From assembly GCA_965218785.1 (NCBI GenBank), contig OZ244650.1, positions 1,024,001 through 1,088,000 of the forward strand: 64,000 bases of DNA, written 5' to 3'. A program made the translations under genes and the position numbers. This document shows, in pieces, positions 29,465 to 39,646 of the stretch (positions are counted from its first letter, which is position 1; the number at the start of each line of letters is the position of its first letter). The notes below the pieces were generated by a model. It was not told the origin of the DNA and searched no databases. It worked only from the letters and a program-made list of their open reading frames with translations. The DNA is from Nitrosopumilus sp. Lineage in GTDB: Archaea; Thermoproteota; Nitrososphaeria; Nitrososphaerales; Nitrosopumilaceae.

Positions 29465-30133
29465 TTGAAGGCGATAATTCTTGCAGGTGGTCGTGGAGAA
29501 AGATTAAGACCGGTTACAGACTACATCCCCAAACCGCTGGTTTCATTAAAGAACGTCCCGATTATAGAATGGCAGATAAAATATCTCAAAAAATTCAATG
29601 TTGATGAAGTGATAATCTGCACGGGATACAAGACAGAGATGATTGAAGACTATCTCAATGTAAAAAAAATGGGAGTTAAAATAAGATTCTCTGCTGAGAA
29701 ATCCCCGCTTGGAACAGGCGGTGCGATAAAAAAGGCGGGAAAGATGATCACAGGCAAGTCCTTTTTTGTATTAAACGGCGATGTCATTACAAACATCAAC
29801 ATCAAGAGACTGTTGACACGGAAAAACGCGGTTGCAGCAATCCGGCTGCAGACAAATTTCGGGGTTTTAGAAACAAAGGATGGAAAAATCCAAAAATTCA
29901 AGGAAAAGGAAGATGTTTCCGACCTGTGGATGAATGCAGGAATTTACCACCTGCAAAAAGAGGTACTAGCAGACCTGCCAAGCAAGGGCGATATTGAAAA
30001 AACGCTTTTTCCAAAATATGCCAGAAAAGACATGCTGTATGCAGTCAAATTTAAGGACGCAAGGTGGCATTCCATAGATTCATTCAAAGACATGGAAAAG
30101 TGTGCCTCGGAGATTGGGAAGATAATCAGATAG
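29465..30133 (+). CDS. Sugar-phosphate nucleotidyltransferase
   Basis: ILAGGRGERLRP.T..PKPL, PLGTGG, NGD and NAGIY. Confidence 0.9.
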   Translation: MKAIILAGGRGERLRPVTDYIPKPLVSLKNVPIIEWQIKYLKKFNVDEVIICTGYKTEMIEDYLNVKKMGVKIRFSAEKSPLGTGGAIKKAGKMITGKSFFVLNGDVITNINIKRLLTRKNAVAAIRLQTNFGVLETKDGKIQKFKEKEDVSDLWMNAGIYHLQKEVLADLPSKGDIEKTLFPKYARKDMLYAVKFKDARWHSIDSFKDMEKCASEIGKIIR

Positions 30134-30134
30134 T

Positions 30135-30281
30135 TTATGCGCCTGTCTGATGCAGGGTCACCATCACATATGCCACTTCCTCGACAAAGGATTCATCACT
30201 GATTGCAGACGTGTATCTTGTGGCATTGCTCCAAAAAGTAGTCCTTTCAGACGGTTTTTCCACGATATGCTGTACTTCCAT
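30135..30281 (-). CDS. Possible 48-aa protein
   Basis: Open frame MEVQHIVEKPSERTTFW...LHQTGA fills the gap. Confidence 0.35.
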   Translation of the reverse strand: MEVQHIVEKPSERTTFWSNATRYTSAISDESFVEEVAYVMVTLHQTGA

Positions 30282-30377
30282 GAGTTTGATCCTCAATGAC
30301 TCTGATAATATCCCGCCTCAATCAAATTTTACCCATTACTAAAACTGATATACTAAATATCCGATCCTGACTGTATC

Positions 30378-31343
30378 ATGCGCATTTCATTTAGTCTGGG
30401 ATCACTGTTGTCAGTAAACGAGGTCCTCAAATGTACTGAAATTATTGCCGATACAAACGCAGAGGCAATCTGGATTCCCGAGACATGGGGAATGGAGAAT
30501 TTTGCCATGCTGGGTTCCATTTCAAACAAGACAAAAACCCAGAAATTAGGATCATCTATAATCAACATTTATTCCCGAAGTCCGGCGGCAATTGCAATGG
30601 GTGCGGCAACAGTTGATGCGCTCTCTGATGGCAGGCTGATTCTGGGTCTTGGAACCAGCAGTATGCCGATAATCCAGACGTTTCACGGCTACAAGTTTGA
30701 AAGACCGCTGCAAAGAATGAGGGAGTATGTAGAGATAATCCGTCTGGTTCTTTCAGGTGGGAAGGTATGTTATACCGGCAAAATTTTTAACTTAAAGGAT
30801 TTTTCACTATTAATAAAGCCGCAACGCGCCGGGATTCCGATATATCTGGCTGCAATCAACCAAAAGATGTTGGAACTGACATGGGATGTTGCAGACGGGG
30901 CAATATTTTATCTAAGGCCGAAAGATGAGATGAGGCAGACGATCCCCCGGATGCAGCAGAGGCAGAAGATAGATGTTGCATGCCAGTTAATCACGTGTGT
31001 TTCTGAGAACTCTGATGCGGCAATACTGCGTGCAAAACGTACATTATCGTTTTACATCGCAGTGGGAGAGATATACCGAGAGTTCTTATCTGATAACGGC
31101 TACAAAAACCAGTGCAGTGACATACTTGGCGAATTCGAAAAGTCCGGTCTGGGCTCGTTACACGAGCTGATTCCAGACTCGATGCTAAAGTCATTATGTA
31201 TTGCAGGCACCCCAGAAGAGTGCAGAACCCAGCTGCGGGAATTCAGGGAGACGGGGATTGACCTGCCGATACTTCAATTCAATCCGGTAGGAGACACGCT
31301 GGATTCATTTAATCTGTTAAAAAACACATTTTTGGAGCAATGA
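30378..31343 (+). CDS. LLM-class (probably F420-dependent) oxidoreductase
   Basis: WIPE, LGSSI.NIYSRSP and LSDGRLILGLG. Confidence 0.88.
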   Translation: MRISFSLGSLLSVNEVLKCTEIIADTNAEAIWIPETWGMENFAMLGSISNKTKTQKLGSSIINIYSRSPAAIAMGAATVDALSDGRLILGLGTSSMPIIQTFHGYKFERPLQRMREYVEIIRLVLSGGKVCYTGKIFNLKDFSLLIKPQRAGIPIYLAAINQKMLELTWDVADGAIFYLRPKDEMRQTIPRMQQRQKIDVACQLITCVSENSDAAILRAKRTLSFYIAVGEIYREFLSDNGYKNQCSDILGEFEKSGLGSLHELIPDSMLKSLCIAGTPEECRTQLREFRETGIDLPILQFNPVGDTLDSFNLLKNTFLEQ

Positions 31344-31344
31344 T

Positions 31345-32457
31345 ATGGTCAAAGTCGGGATTGCAGCATGTGGGATTGCCCCGTTTTCCAAAAAAGATCA
31401 AAAGATCGAATCGGTACTTTTGGAATCCGTAAAGAACCTCTTTGGGGGCACCCCGGAACTGGAGAAGAACAGGATTGATGCCGTACTTGTATCAACTAAT
31501 AATAATTCAAAGTATCTATCCCCCATCGTCTCTGAGATGTGTGGGATTCAACCCAGAATAGCACACTCTGTTGAGAGTCTGTGCAACTCTGGGACAAACT
31601 CCATAGTATCAGGTTATTCATATATTGCCTCAGGCCTTGCAGATATGGTTCTGGTGTGTGGCGCAGAAAGATACGACAGTCCGGGGCAGATCCTGGAATG
31701 GGATGATTCCCGCGGGGAGTTCAAACATCCGATATTCTGGGCATCGATATTTTCAAAATCATACAAGCGTGAATACTCTATTACAGATGAGCAGCTGGCC
31801 CTAGTCCCGGTGAAAAACCACAAACAGGCAGCAAACAATCCTGATGCGTTATCAACGAAGACATTTGATGTGGAGGATGTGATGAATTCAAAAAGGATCA
31901 CAGATGATCTTCGATTACTGGACTGCTCAAGACCGTGTACCGGGGGCGCGTCGGTTCTTCTGGCATCTGAAAAAATGATGGGCGGGATCTCCGAGAATCC
32001 CGATGTCTGGATAGCCGGCATCGGCCAGCAGACCATTTCTGCAGGCTTTGCAAAAAACCCGTCGTTTGTCTCGATGGATTCAAGCAGGACTGCCTGCACT
32101 GCGGCATTAAACATGGCAGATCACACGGTCCAGGATGTGGATGTTGCCGAGGTACATGATGCATTTTCAGTCTGTGAGCCGATGGCACTGGAATCCATGG
32201 GATTCTCCAAGAAGGGCCGCGGAACAGACATGATCCGGGAACTGCATGAAACAGATAATTTTAAAATTAATCCCAGAGGCGGCCTGATTGGTGCGGGGCA
32301 TCCGCTTGGCGCAACAGGCATAGCACAGACCATCGAGATCACACAACAACTCTCAGATAAGGCCGGAAAAAGACAGGTCGATAACGCAGGGGTGGGCCTG
32401 GTTCACAACATGTCAGCGGCAGCTACATCCTCCACGGTACTGGTGCTCAAACGATGA
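31345..32457 (+). CDS. Archaeal thiolase (acetyl-CoA acetyltransferase family)
   Basis: ESLCNSG, AEVHDAF and NPRGGLIGAGHPLGATG; followed by DUF35. Confidence 0.9.
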   Translation: MVKVGIAACGIAPFSKKDQKIESVLLESVKNLFGGTPELEKNRIDAVLVSTNNNSKYLSPIVSEMCGIQPRIAHSVESLCNSGTNSIVSGYSYIASGLADMVLVCGAERYDSPGQILEWDDSRGEFKHPIFWASIFSKSYKREYSITDEQLALVPVKNHKQAANNPDALSTKTFDVEDVMNSKRITDDLRLLDCSRPCTGGASVLLASEKMMGGISENPDVWIAGIGQQTISAGFAKNPSFVSMDSSRTACTAALNMADHTVQDVDVAEVHDAFSVCEPMALESMGFSKKGRGTDMIRELHETDNFKINPRGGLIGAGHPLGATGIAQTIEITQQLSDKAGKRQVDNAGVGLVHNMSAAATSSTVLVLKR

Positions 32458-32762
32458 GTTTTGACTCGGAACTGGCAAGGGGGATTTTTTTGATGCCACA
32501 ATGTGACAGCTGCAAAAAGACAGTATGGCCCCCCTCGGAGTTCTGCAGTGGGTGTTTTGGTCCCACCACGCTAAAAAAGTGGGATCACGATGGCAGAGTC
32601 AAGGAATTTTCAAGGAAGGACGGACAGTATTTCTGCGTTGTCGAACTAGAAAAGACAGTCAGAATCATGGCAAAGATTTCAACGATGCCGGAGATTGATC
32701 AATCCGTAAAGATCACAGGATGCGGCATTAAAGACGGCAGTTATTTTTTTCATGTCAGCTGA
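32454..32762 (+). CDS. DUF35 zinc-ribbon/OB-fold thiolase partner
   Basis: CxxC..VWPP..FCxxC; translationally coupled to the thiolase. Confidence 0.85.
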   Translation: MSFDSELARGIFLMPQCDSCKKTVWPPSEFCSGCFGPTTLKKWDHDGRVKEFSRKDGQYFCVVELEKTVRIMAKISTMPEIDQSVKITGCGIKDGSYFFHVS

Positions 32763-33579
32763 ATTTCGTATAGATGTAAGGCGTTTGTACTTTTTGATCA
32801 AACGTCCATGCAGTAGGCAGTGAAACGGTGTCAGTTACCATCAGTTCATATTTTTTGATCAGCGTGCCCCACCCGCCGTTTTCAATGTTTGCAGAAAGAT
32901 CTCTCTTTGAGTTACTCCCTGCAAAAACAATCCCTGCATTTTCTGCAAGATTTGGAATTGACTGAATTCTTTCAATGATGCTGGCTGCCAGAATATCTCC
33001 GCCCATTTGTGGCAGTCCTCCAATAAAAAATACGGGGTGTGTCAGATTCAGTTTTTGATAATCAAACTCCATCGCATCAGCACAGACAGGATTAAAGTTC
33101 CGGCCCGTGGACTTGCATATGGTGTTTTGCAGATCCACCAGATGCTCGTCAATCTCGATGCTGTGCGTCTGCAGACCAAACAATCCCCCGCAATATGCGA
33201 TTCGCCCGTCGCCTGAACCGATATCCACCAGTTCATTATACCCCAATTCACAGGCCAGTCCCGTCATGAGATATGCGGAGATTATCCACGTCGGATAAAA
33301 CGGCTGGCAGCTTGAACCGTGTTTGATGCTGTCCAGCCAGTAATCGTTAATATCCCCCTCATATATCGTGCATGACACATCAGAGACCGTATCATCAAAA
33401 TGATTGTGATATATTGGATTTTTCCGTGCAAACTGATGCAGTGGCAGGATATGCTCATCTGAAAGTGGCATCTGTTCTGAGCGGTTTTTGGGGAGAAACT
33501 CCTGAATGTGTGCGTTTCCAGAATAGCTTTCCGCAAATTCCTGCCGGAGTAATCCCACCTTTTTTATCAGTGCATGCAT
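32755..33579 (-). CDS. Class I SAM-dependent methyltransferase-like protein
   Basis: FYPT, LVDIGSGDGRI, SIEID and ADA motifs. Confidence 0.75.
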   Translation of the reverse strand: MHALIKKVGLLRQEFAESYSGNAHIQEFLPKNRSEQMPLSDEHILPLHQFARKNPIYHNHFDDTVSDVSCTIYEGDINDYWLDSIKHGSSCQPFYPTWIISAYLMTGLACELGYNELVDIGSGDGRIAYCGGLFGLQTHSIEIDEHLVDLQNTICKSTGRNFNPVCADAMEFDYQKLNLTHPVFFIGGLPQMGGDILAASIIERIQSIPNLAENAGIVFAGSNSKRDLSANIENGGWGTLIKKYELMVTDTVSLPTAWTFDQKVQTPYIYTKFS

Positions 33580-33877
33580 CTATCTTGAGGGACTGTGGGG
33601 GGTTTGATAACTTTTGCATCACTGATGGTTGCGTGATACCCCGTATTTTTTTGCTTGAATTTATCTGCATGACTATCATGTTATTTTGTTTTTGACATCC
33701 GGCAGATTCATACACCACACCCTAGGATCAAACCGTTGTTTCTGAGATGATCATCCCTGATGAATCATCTGAAATTATCGCAAATCCGGAATTACCATAT
33801 AACATTGTGTAACTGCCGTATTTTGACAGGTTATTGTCAAATTACCTACATTACTATATGTCAGAAGACTAGAACAG

Positions 33878-34447
33878 TTGTTGAAAAGCAAGTACGCATC
33901 CGTCACGGTTCAAAAACAAAGGATTACATCAAAAACCCGCAAAAACAACATCAAAGCCGCACGCATGCGCAGACAGCGTGGGTATCAATGGGAGGATACC
34001 ATCGTAAAGAGATTCAACGGCGCCCCCCAGTGGAGGGCATTTCGACTGGGTTCTCCAAGTATTGCACTGCCAGACGTACTTGCAGTAAATACCATGGAGA
34101 GTTCGATATGTACGATCGAGGCAAAATCCGGTACGAGTACATCCCTGGCCGTACCTTTTGATCAGATTGAGAGGTGTCTTGACTGGATCAAGACATTTGA
34201 TATTTACAAAAACAGAAAGGTGCTGCTTGCCTTTAAATTTCTTTCAAAGAAAAGAATAGGTTTGGGACAGTATGAACACAGGGAGTTGCGGGAGTTCTTC
34301 AAGGTATGGGATATGAATCTGAAAATTACTGATTGTGTCTGTACGTATGATGGTCTGTTTTACGCCAAGATCAACGGGTCTAGAAAGGTGCTGCCATTAA
34401 AAGACGCCATTATGCCATTTAAGACAAAGCAGCGTGTGCCTAATTAA
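33878..34447 (+). CDS. Hjc-like PD-(D/E)xK resolvase/nuclease
   Basis: RGYQWE, RLGSPS..LPDVLAV and IEAKS; start uncertain. Confidence 0.8.
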   Translation: MLKSKYASVTVQKQRITSKTRKNNIKAARMRRQRGYQWEDTIVKRFNGAPQWRAFRLGSPSIALPDVLAVNTMESSICTIEAKSGTSTSLAVPFDQIERCLDWIKTFDIYKNRKVLLAFKFLSKKRIGLGQYEHRELREFFKVWDMNLKITDCVCTYDGLFYAKINGSRKVLPLKDAIMPFKTKQRVPN

Positions 34448-34622
34448 CGAGATCAAGGCATTCATTTTTTGATGGAACTTTTGATTGGGTGTGTGCCTTC
34501 AATGAAACACCAAATGCTCAACTATATCAATAAACAACCTGAAGACAAGATAAAACGACATTAAGTTAGGCAGTAATCTACCAACTTTCAAATCATTTTT
34601 TAAGGACAAGGTACAGGTACAA

Positions 34623-35069
34623 ATGTTGTCTGAAGATAAAACAGAGCACAGCGAAATAAACTCCGAATCGCTATTAGAGACAGTATCTGATGCCAAAGTC
34701 AATTCAAGGGTCAGTTTTGAGGAATTCACTGATGAAAGAACGCTGATCAGCCATGATGCTTTTGGAAATAAACAGATGAAGATCAAGGTGATAGAAGTTT
34801 CTGATGAAATATCCCCCTCCAAATGGAAGTTCGGGGACAGGGTCAAAGTGACCAAGATATTGATAACTGTAAGGCACCTCACAACGCAGGAGGTCGAGGA
34901 AGCAGAGTTTGATATCGAGTCCATAGAAAGGGAACTGGCCGAAAAGAGACACTACAGTTCAACGAACAGATGGATTCCTACAAACGATATAAAAAACGGG
35001 TATGTCATAGGTTCAAAACACACCAGATTAATCAGTGACGCTTCGGCACTTGACTATATTACATTTTGA
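34623..35069 (+). CDS. Hypothetical protein
   Basis: 148-aa ORF with protein-like composition. Confidence 0.7.
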   Translation: MLSEDKTEHSEINSESLLETVSDAKVNSRVSFEEFTDERTLISHDAFGNKQMKIKVIEVSDEISPSKWKFGDRVKVTKILITVRHLTTQEVEEAEFDIESIERELAEKRHYSSTNRWIPTNDIKNGYVIGSKHTRLISDASALDYITF

Positions 35070-35135
35070 TTAAACCACAGCTCGGATCATTTTTCTCTGA
35101 AAAACATTATAAACAAAAGAATTTGAAAATAATAT

Positions 35136-35453
35136 ATGAGTTCAAAGGTGTTCAAAGTCAACGGAACCGATTACAGTGTCTTCCTGACTGAACAGATAAT
35201 CGGCCATGTAAACAACCTCAAAAGCCTCTATAATGTGGCATATGAGGATCCGGAAAGCTTTGAGGATGTCAGTGCTGAAATTTCAAATACGATTAATGAG
35301 ATTGCAGGAAACGTAGAGCCTTCTGTGGGTGATAGTGATCTTGACGGACTCATCCAGGAGATCATAAAGGCTGTGGACAAAAAAGCCGAAGAGATTGAAA
35401 AAGAGCTGGAAGTGAAAGAAAAACCCAGGAAAAAACCAAAGGCTAAAAAATAA
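35136..35453 (+). CDS. Hypothetical protein
   Basis: 105-aa ORF; TATA ttataaa about 28 bp upstream. Confidence 0.72.
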   Translation: MSSKVFKVNGTDYSVFLTEQIIGHVNNLKSLYNVAYEDPESFEDVSAEISNTINEIAGNVEPSVGDSDLDGLIQEIIKAVDKKAEEIEKELEVKEKPRKKPKAKK

Positions 35454-35522
35454 TCTCATTTGACCTTAAACTCATAAAAAATTGGGGTATGTGTTATAAT
35501 CGAAAACAATCCAACCCACATC

Positions 35523-35639
35523 ATGTCTGGAAGTTGTGAGTGTGGGATTTGCGCCCATCATAATGAATCCGAATGTATTGAAAAAGAATGCAAGTGCTGT
35601 CTGAATTTTCATGAAAGATCAGGCCCAAAACTAAAATGA
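35523..35639 (+). CDS. 38-aa Cys/His-rich metallothionein-like microprotein
   Basis: MSGSCECGICAHHNESECIEKECKCCLNFHERSGPKLK; TATA ttataat about 29 bp upstream. Confidence 0.65.
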   Translation: MSGSCECGICAHHNESECIEKECKCCLNFHERSGPKLK

Positions 35640-35750
35640 TTGTTTTTTAATCGTCTTCTCCGGTATGGCATCTGCATTTTTTTAATAAATGTCTGGAACA
35701 TCCAAACAGCCTGTGCTCTTTGCATCCGCACAAAATGCATTTTTTTCCCG

Positions 35751-36125
35751 TCATAATTTTTTGATCATCTCCGCCACGTTTTCCATCATCTTCCGATCCT
35801 CCAGGGTTTCTAGTATCTTTAGTCTCATGTTTTTGATCCTCCCGACATCGCTGGAATATAACGTGGCCATCGTTTCAATCTCCTGTTCAAAATAATAGTT
35901 ATCCAGGTAGTGCTGGAACTTTGATTCGAGTGTTCTAAAATCAGAGGACTGGATCTTTTCCGTATTTGTTTTTCTTATTATAACTTTTAAAAACCCGTTG
36001 ATCTTCAACATCTCTTTTTTGATTTTATCTAGATCCTCGGGCTTGTCCTGTGTTTCTTTAAGAACGGTGTAAGAATCAGATATCTGGCCTAGGATGTTCT
36101 TTATGTATTCGTTGTAAGTAACCAT
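35751..36125 (-). CDS. Hypothetical helical protein
   Basis: 124-aa ORF. Confidence 0.7.
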   Translation of the reverse strand: MVTYNEYIKNILGQISDSYTVLKETQDKPEDLDKIKKEMLKINGFLKVIIRKTNTEKIQSSDFRTLESKFQHYLDNYYFEQEIETMATLYSSDVGRIKNMRLKILETLEDRKMMENVAEMIKKL

Positions 36126-36432
36126 GATACTTTTTTTTAAAATTAATCCAATCTAAATATTACCAATGTGGTTTTAGATTATTTTCAGGCAGTAATCTTA
36201 TAAAACACGTAAAATGGCAACAAATCCCATCATAGTCCGGCAAAACAGGTTTCAGATGGTATCCCGGTGATATCAACAGGTTTGAGAGCATATTATTCAG
36301 GAGGCATCATTCTGTTTTCCTGTGGAACCACAAGTCGGCCTGATGATCATAAATTCTAGACGGACCCGCTTTTCGTGCAAAATATTCACTCATTGGAGAA
36401 TCCTTATTACAGATGGATGATAATCAGTCTTG

Positions 36433-36534
36433 ATGGAAAAAGAGATCAAATGTCCGTACTGTGATTCCATATTTGAAAACAGTCAGGACTATAACAAGCA
36501 CATTGACAAAATCCACAACAACTCGCTGACCTAG
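36433..36534 (+). CDS. 33-aa stand-alone C2H2 zinc-finger protein
   Basis: MEKEIKCPYCDSIF...YNKHIDKIH; CTTATTAC box about 30 bp upstream. Confidence 0.7.
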   Translation: MEKEIKCPYCDSIFENSQDYNKHIDKIHNNSLT

Positions 36535-36900
36535 GATTTACATTTGTAACGAACTAGAGATACCAATGAAATTCTGCCTTTCCAAACTGATTCAACTAGT
36601 TGGTATCATTCTGCCCTGTTCCATTTCAAGACAGGTTCTTGAGAATCAATCAAGCAGACCGGTTTTGCTCCCGGAACGGCTCTCTTAGAGTGCCATCTGA
36701 TCAAATCTGATTTGAGATTCCCAGTTGATTTAGAATCATTACTATCCCAAGGTCGGCCAAACCTGACTGCAGACCATTTTTTCCAAACTGCCTCGCAGCA
36801 GATACATGCCTCACTGGATTTGGCATCTGCCAAAAGATTGGAAACCATCTGCAAAATTTGCACATTTGCTTTAAATTATCAGCAATATTCCCCAAGAACA

Positions 36901-38238
36901 ATGCAGGGCGACGCATATCTGAAATGCATAGATCCCAACTGTGGTCTGGAATATCCAATAGACAGTACAAACGTCCAGTGTGAAAAAGGGCACATGCTAG
37001 ATGTCATATACAAGAACAGTCCCTCCAGTGATCTTAAAGAGGTATTTTACAAGAGACGAAATCCACAGGACAACATCTTCAATGAGAGCGGGGTTTGGAG
37101 GTTCAGGGAGCTGCTAAACTTCCCCCAGATAGACACGGAAGATATTGCAGAGTGCTCAAAGCATCTGGTATCCCTTGACGGCGCAGAAGGAAGGCAGTCA
37201 AAACCGTACCACATGTCAAAAGCCGCAGAATTCATAGGAATTTCAAATGACGCCCTGTGGTTACAGCCAGAAGGATACAATCCAAGCGGCTCCTTCAAAG
37301 ATAACGGGATGGCAACGGCAGTAACCCATGCCAAGATGGTCGGTGCAAAAAAAATTGTTTGTGCATCCACTGGAAACACGTCGGCTTCTGCAGGAATGTT
37401 TGCAGCAAATGAAGGAATAAACTGCGATGTCTACATACCTGCAGGACAAATCGCACCGGGAAAACTCAGTCAGGCATACCAGTTTGGCGCCCAGATAATC
37501 GAAGTTGACGGGAATTTTGATGACGCATTAAAGCAGTCACTTCAAGACGCGCAAAATCATGACGGTTACACCGTAAACTCTATCAATCCGTTTAGAATAG
37601 AAGGACAGAAAACGATTCCGTTTAGGGCATTGGAATATCTCAACTGGGAGGCACCAGACTGGATTGTTTATCCCGGAGGGGCACTTGGAAACACGTCAAG
37701 CTGCGGAAAGGCTCTGATGGAGCTTTATGAATGGGGATGGATAAAAAAAATTCCAAGGATAGCGGTGATCAACTCAAATGGTGCAAGCACGTTGTCTGAT
37801 TTGTATAACGGTAAATTCGAGGGCGAAGAACTCCGGTGGAACAAGGGCAGCCCAAACACAGAGTTAATCACCAGGTATTACGAGCACATGGAAAAGGAGG
37901 GACTACGGCCAAAGACCAAGGCGACTGCAATCCAGATAGGACGACCTGCAAACATCCTAAAGGGGTTGAGGGCGCTAGAGTTCACAGACGGGGTCGTCAC
38001 CACCGTCTCTGATTCAGAGATGCTCGATGGCATGTCAGTTGTAGGTCTTAACGGGTTTGACTGCGAGATGGCATCAGGGGCATCAGTGGTTGGCATCAAG
38101 AAGCTGATCGGCGAAGGAATAATCAAAAAAGACGACGTGGTAGTCGGAATCCTTACAGGCAGGCAGAAAGACGCGATGCTTCCCGTGGAATATCACAGTA
38201 AACAGGAAAACAAGTTTGCCAGACCGCCAAAAAACTAG
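36901..38238 (+). CDS. thrC: Threonine synthase
   Basis: NPSGSFKD, ASTGNT and NSINPFRIEGQKT; start set at MQGDAYL after TATA tttaaat. Confidence 0.92.
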   Translation: MQGDAYLKCIDPNCGLEYPIDSTNVQCEKGHMLDVIYKNSPSSDLKEVFYKRRNPQDNIFNESGVWRFRELLNFPQIDTEDIAECSKHLVSLDGAEGRQSKPYHMSKAAEFIGISNDALWLQPEGYNPSGSFKDNGMATAVTHAKMVGAKKIVCASTGNTSASAGMFAANEGINCDVYIPAGQIAPGKLSQAYQFGAQIIEVDGNFDDALKQSLQDAQNHDGYTVNSINPFRIEGQKTIPFRALEYLNWEAPDWIVYPGGALGNTSSCGKALMELYEWGWIKKIPRIAVINSNGASTLSDLYNGKFEGEELRWNKGSPNTELITRYYEHMEKEGLRPKTKATAIQIGRPANILKGLRALEFTDGVVTTVSDSEMLDGMSVVGLNGFDCEMASGASVVGIKKLIGEGIIKKDDVVVGILTGRQKDAMLPVEYHSKQENKFARPPKN

Positions 38239-38393
38239 TCATGGTTTTCAGGCTCGGATAATCCGGAATTATCTTTACATCTCAAGGTTTAAATCTGATT
38301 TTTATGAATTTATTGTAACCTAGAGATGGTGTCAAAAAACTAAATGTATGACGTTATAGTTGTGCTAAAGATTTTTCAGAGGAGGAGGAGAAC

Positions 38394-39646
38394 ATGGTAG
38401 ATTTATGGGTTGAAATTACAGCGCTAGCTGTTTTAATCGGCCTGTCGGGATTTTTCAGCGGACTGGAAGTCGCGCTGGTAGGGGTAAGAAAATCCAAGGT
38501 GGTCCAGCTGCTCAACAAGGGAAAAAAGGGCGCAAAGGCGCTGCACAAGCTAAAAACAAATCCAAGCTGGATGATGTCAAGTGTGAACTTGGGCAACAAC
38601 CTGGCAAATGTCGGGGGATCCGCACTTGCTACAAGCATAGCCATCAGGCTGTTTGGAGACGACGGGCTGGGAATCGCAGTAGGAATAATGACATTCCTGA
38701 TTCTGGTATTCGGGGAGATCACCCCAAAAACATACTGCAATGCCAATGCGACAAAGATTGCATTAAGATACGCACCGGTACTGCTGGCGTTTAGCTATGT
38801 GTTTTATCCGGTGGTGAAATTCTTTGAGACCATTACAAGGGGCGTGGTCAAACTGACTGGCAGCAGTTATACGCCTCCGCCAATTACCGAGAGAGGATAT
38901 CAGGGGGGTTGTTGAACAGGGCATGGCAGAAAAAGCAATCGAAAAAGAGGAGATGGAACTAGTCCACGGGGCATTAAAGTTCGATGATACTGTAATCCGT
39001 TCCGTGATGACTCCGAGGACAAAGATGTTTACACTCAATGCAAAGATGCTTCTTTTTGAGGCGCTTCCGCAGATTAATCAAAGCGGACATTCGCGCATTC
39101 CAATTTACGGGAATACCAGTGATGATATCGTCGGTTTCATCCATGCCAGGGACGTTCTCAAGGAACTCGAAAAAGACAACAGGATGACAACCCTTGAGCA
39201 GATTGCAAGAAAGCCCGTATTTGCATCACAGGAGAAGATGGTCAGCTCCCTGCTAAAAGAGATGAAGGGAAGAAAGACGCACATGGCAATCGTAGTTGAC
39301 GAGCACAGTGGCGTTGAAGGGCTGGTCACCCTGGAGGATCTGCTCGAGGAGATAGTCGGGGAGATAGAAGACGAGACGGATCTTACCCGGCCCACGGGTT
39401 ATGAGATAGTTGACAAGAATACGATAATTACCAACGGTGAGATCGAAATTGACGTGATTAATGAGATTTTCAAGACGCGGATTCAGACGGGGATGACTAT
39501 GCCTCGCTAAACGGATTATTACATGAAAGACTGCAGGATATACCCAAGAGGGCGACAAGATCAAAGTAGACGAACTTCAAATAATCGTTGAAAAGGTCTC
39601 AAAGAACATACCACAAAGAATCAGAATTGAAAAGATCAAGACCTAG
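38394..39646 (+). CDS. CNNM/CBS/CorC (hemolysin-family) Mg2+/Co2+ transport protein, split by 3 frameshifts
   Basis: LSGFFSGLEVAL, FGEITPK, VMTPR, GHSRIP and VDEHSG..GLVTLEDLLEEIVGEI; frame changes near 38893, 39483 and 39544. Confidence 0.85.

Noticed and set aside
36712-36900. N-terminal extension of ThrC
   Set aside because: A TATA box precedes ATG 36901, and the upstream DNA contains intergenic repeat relics.
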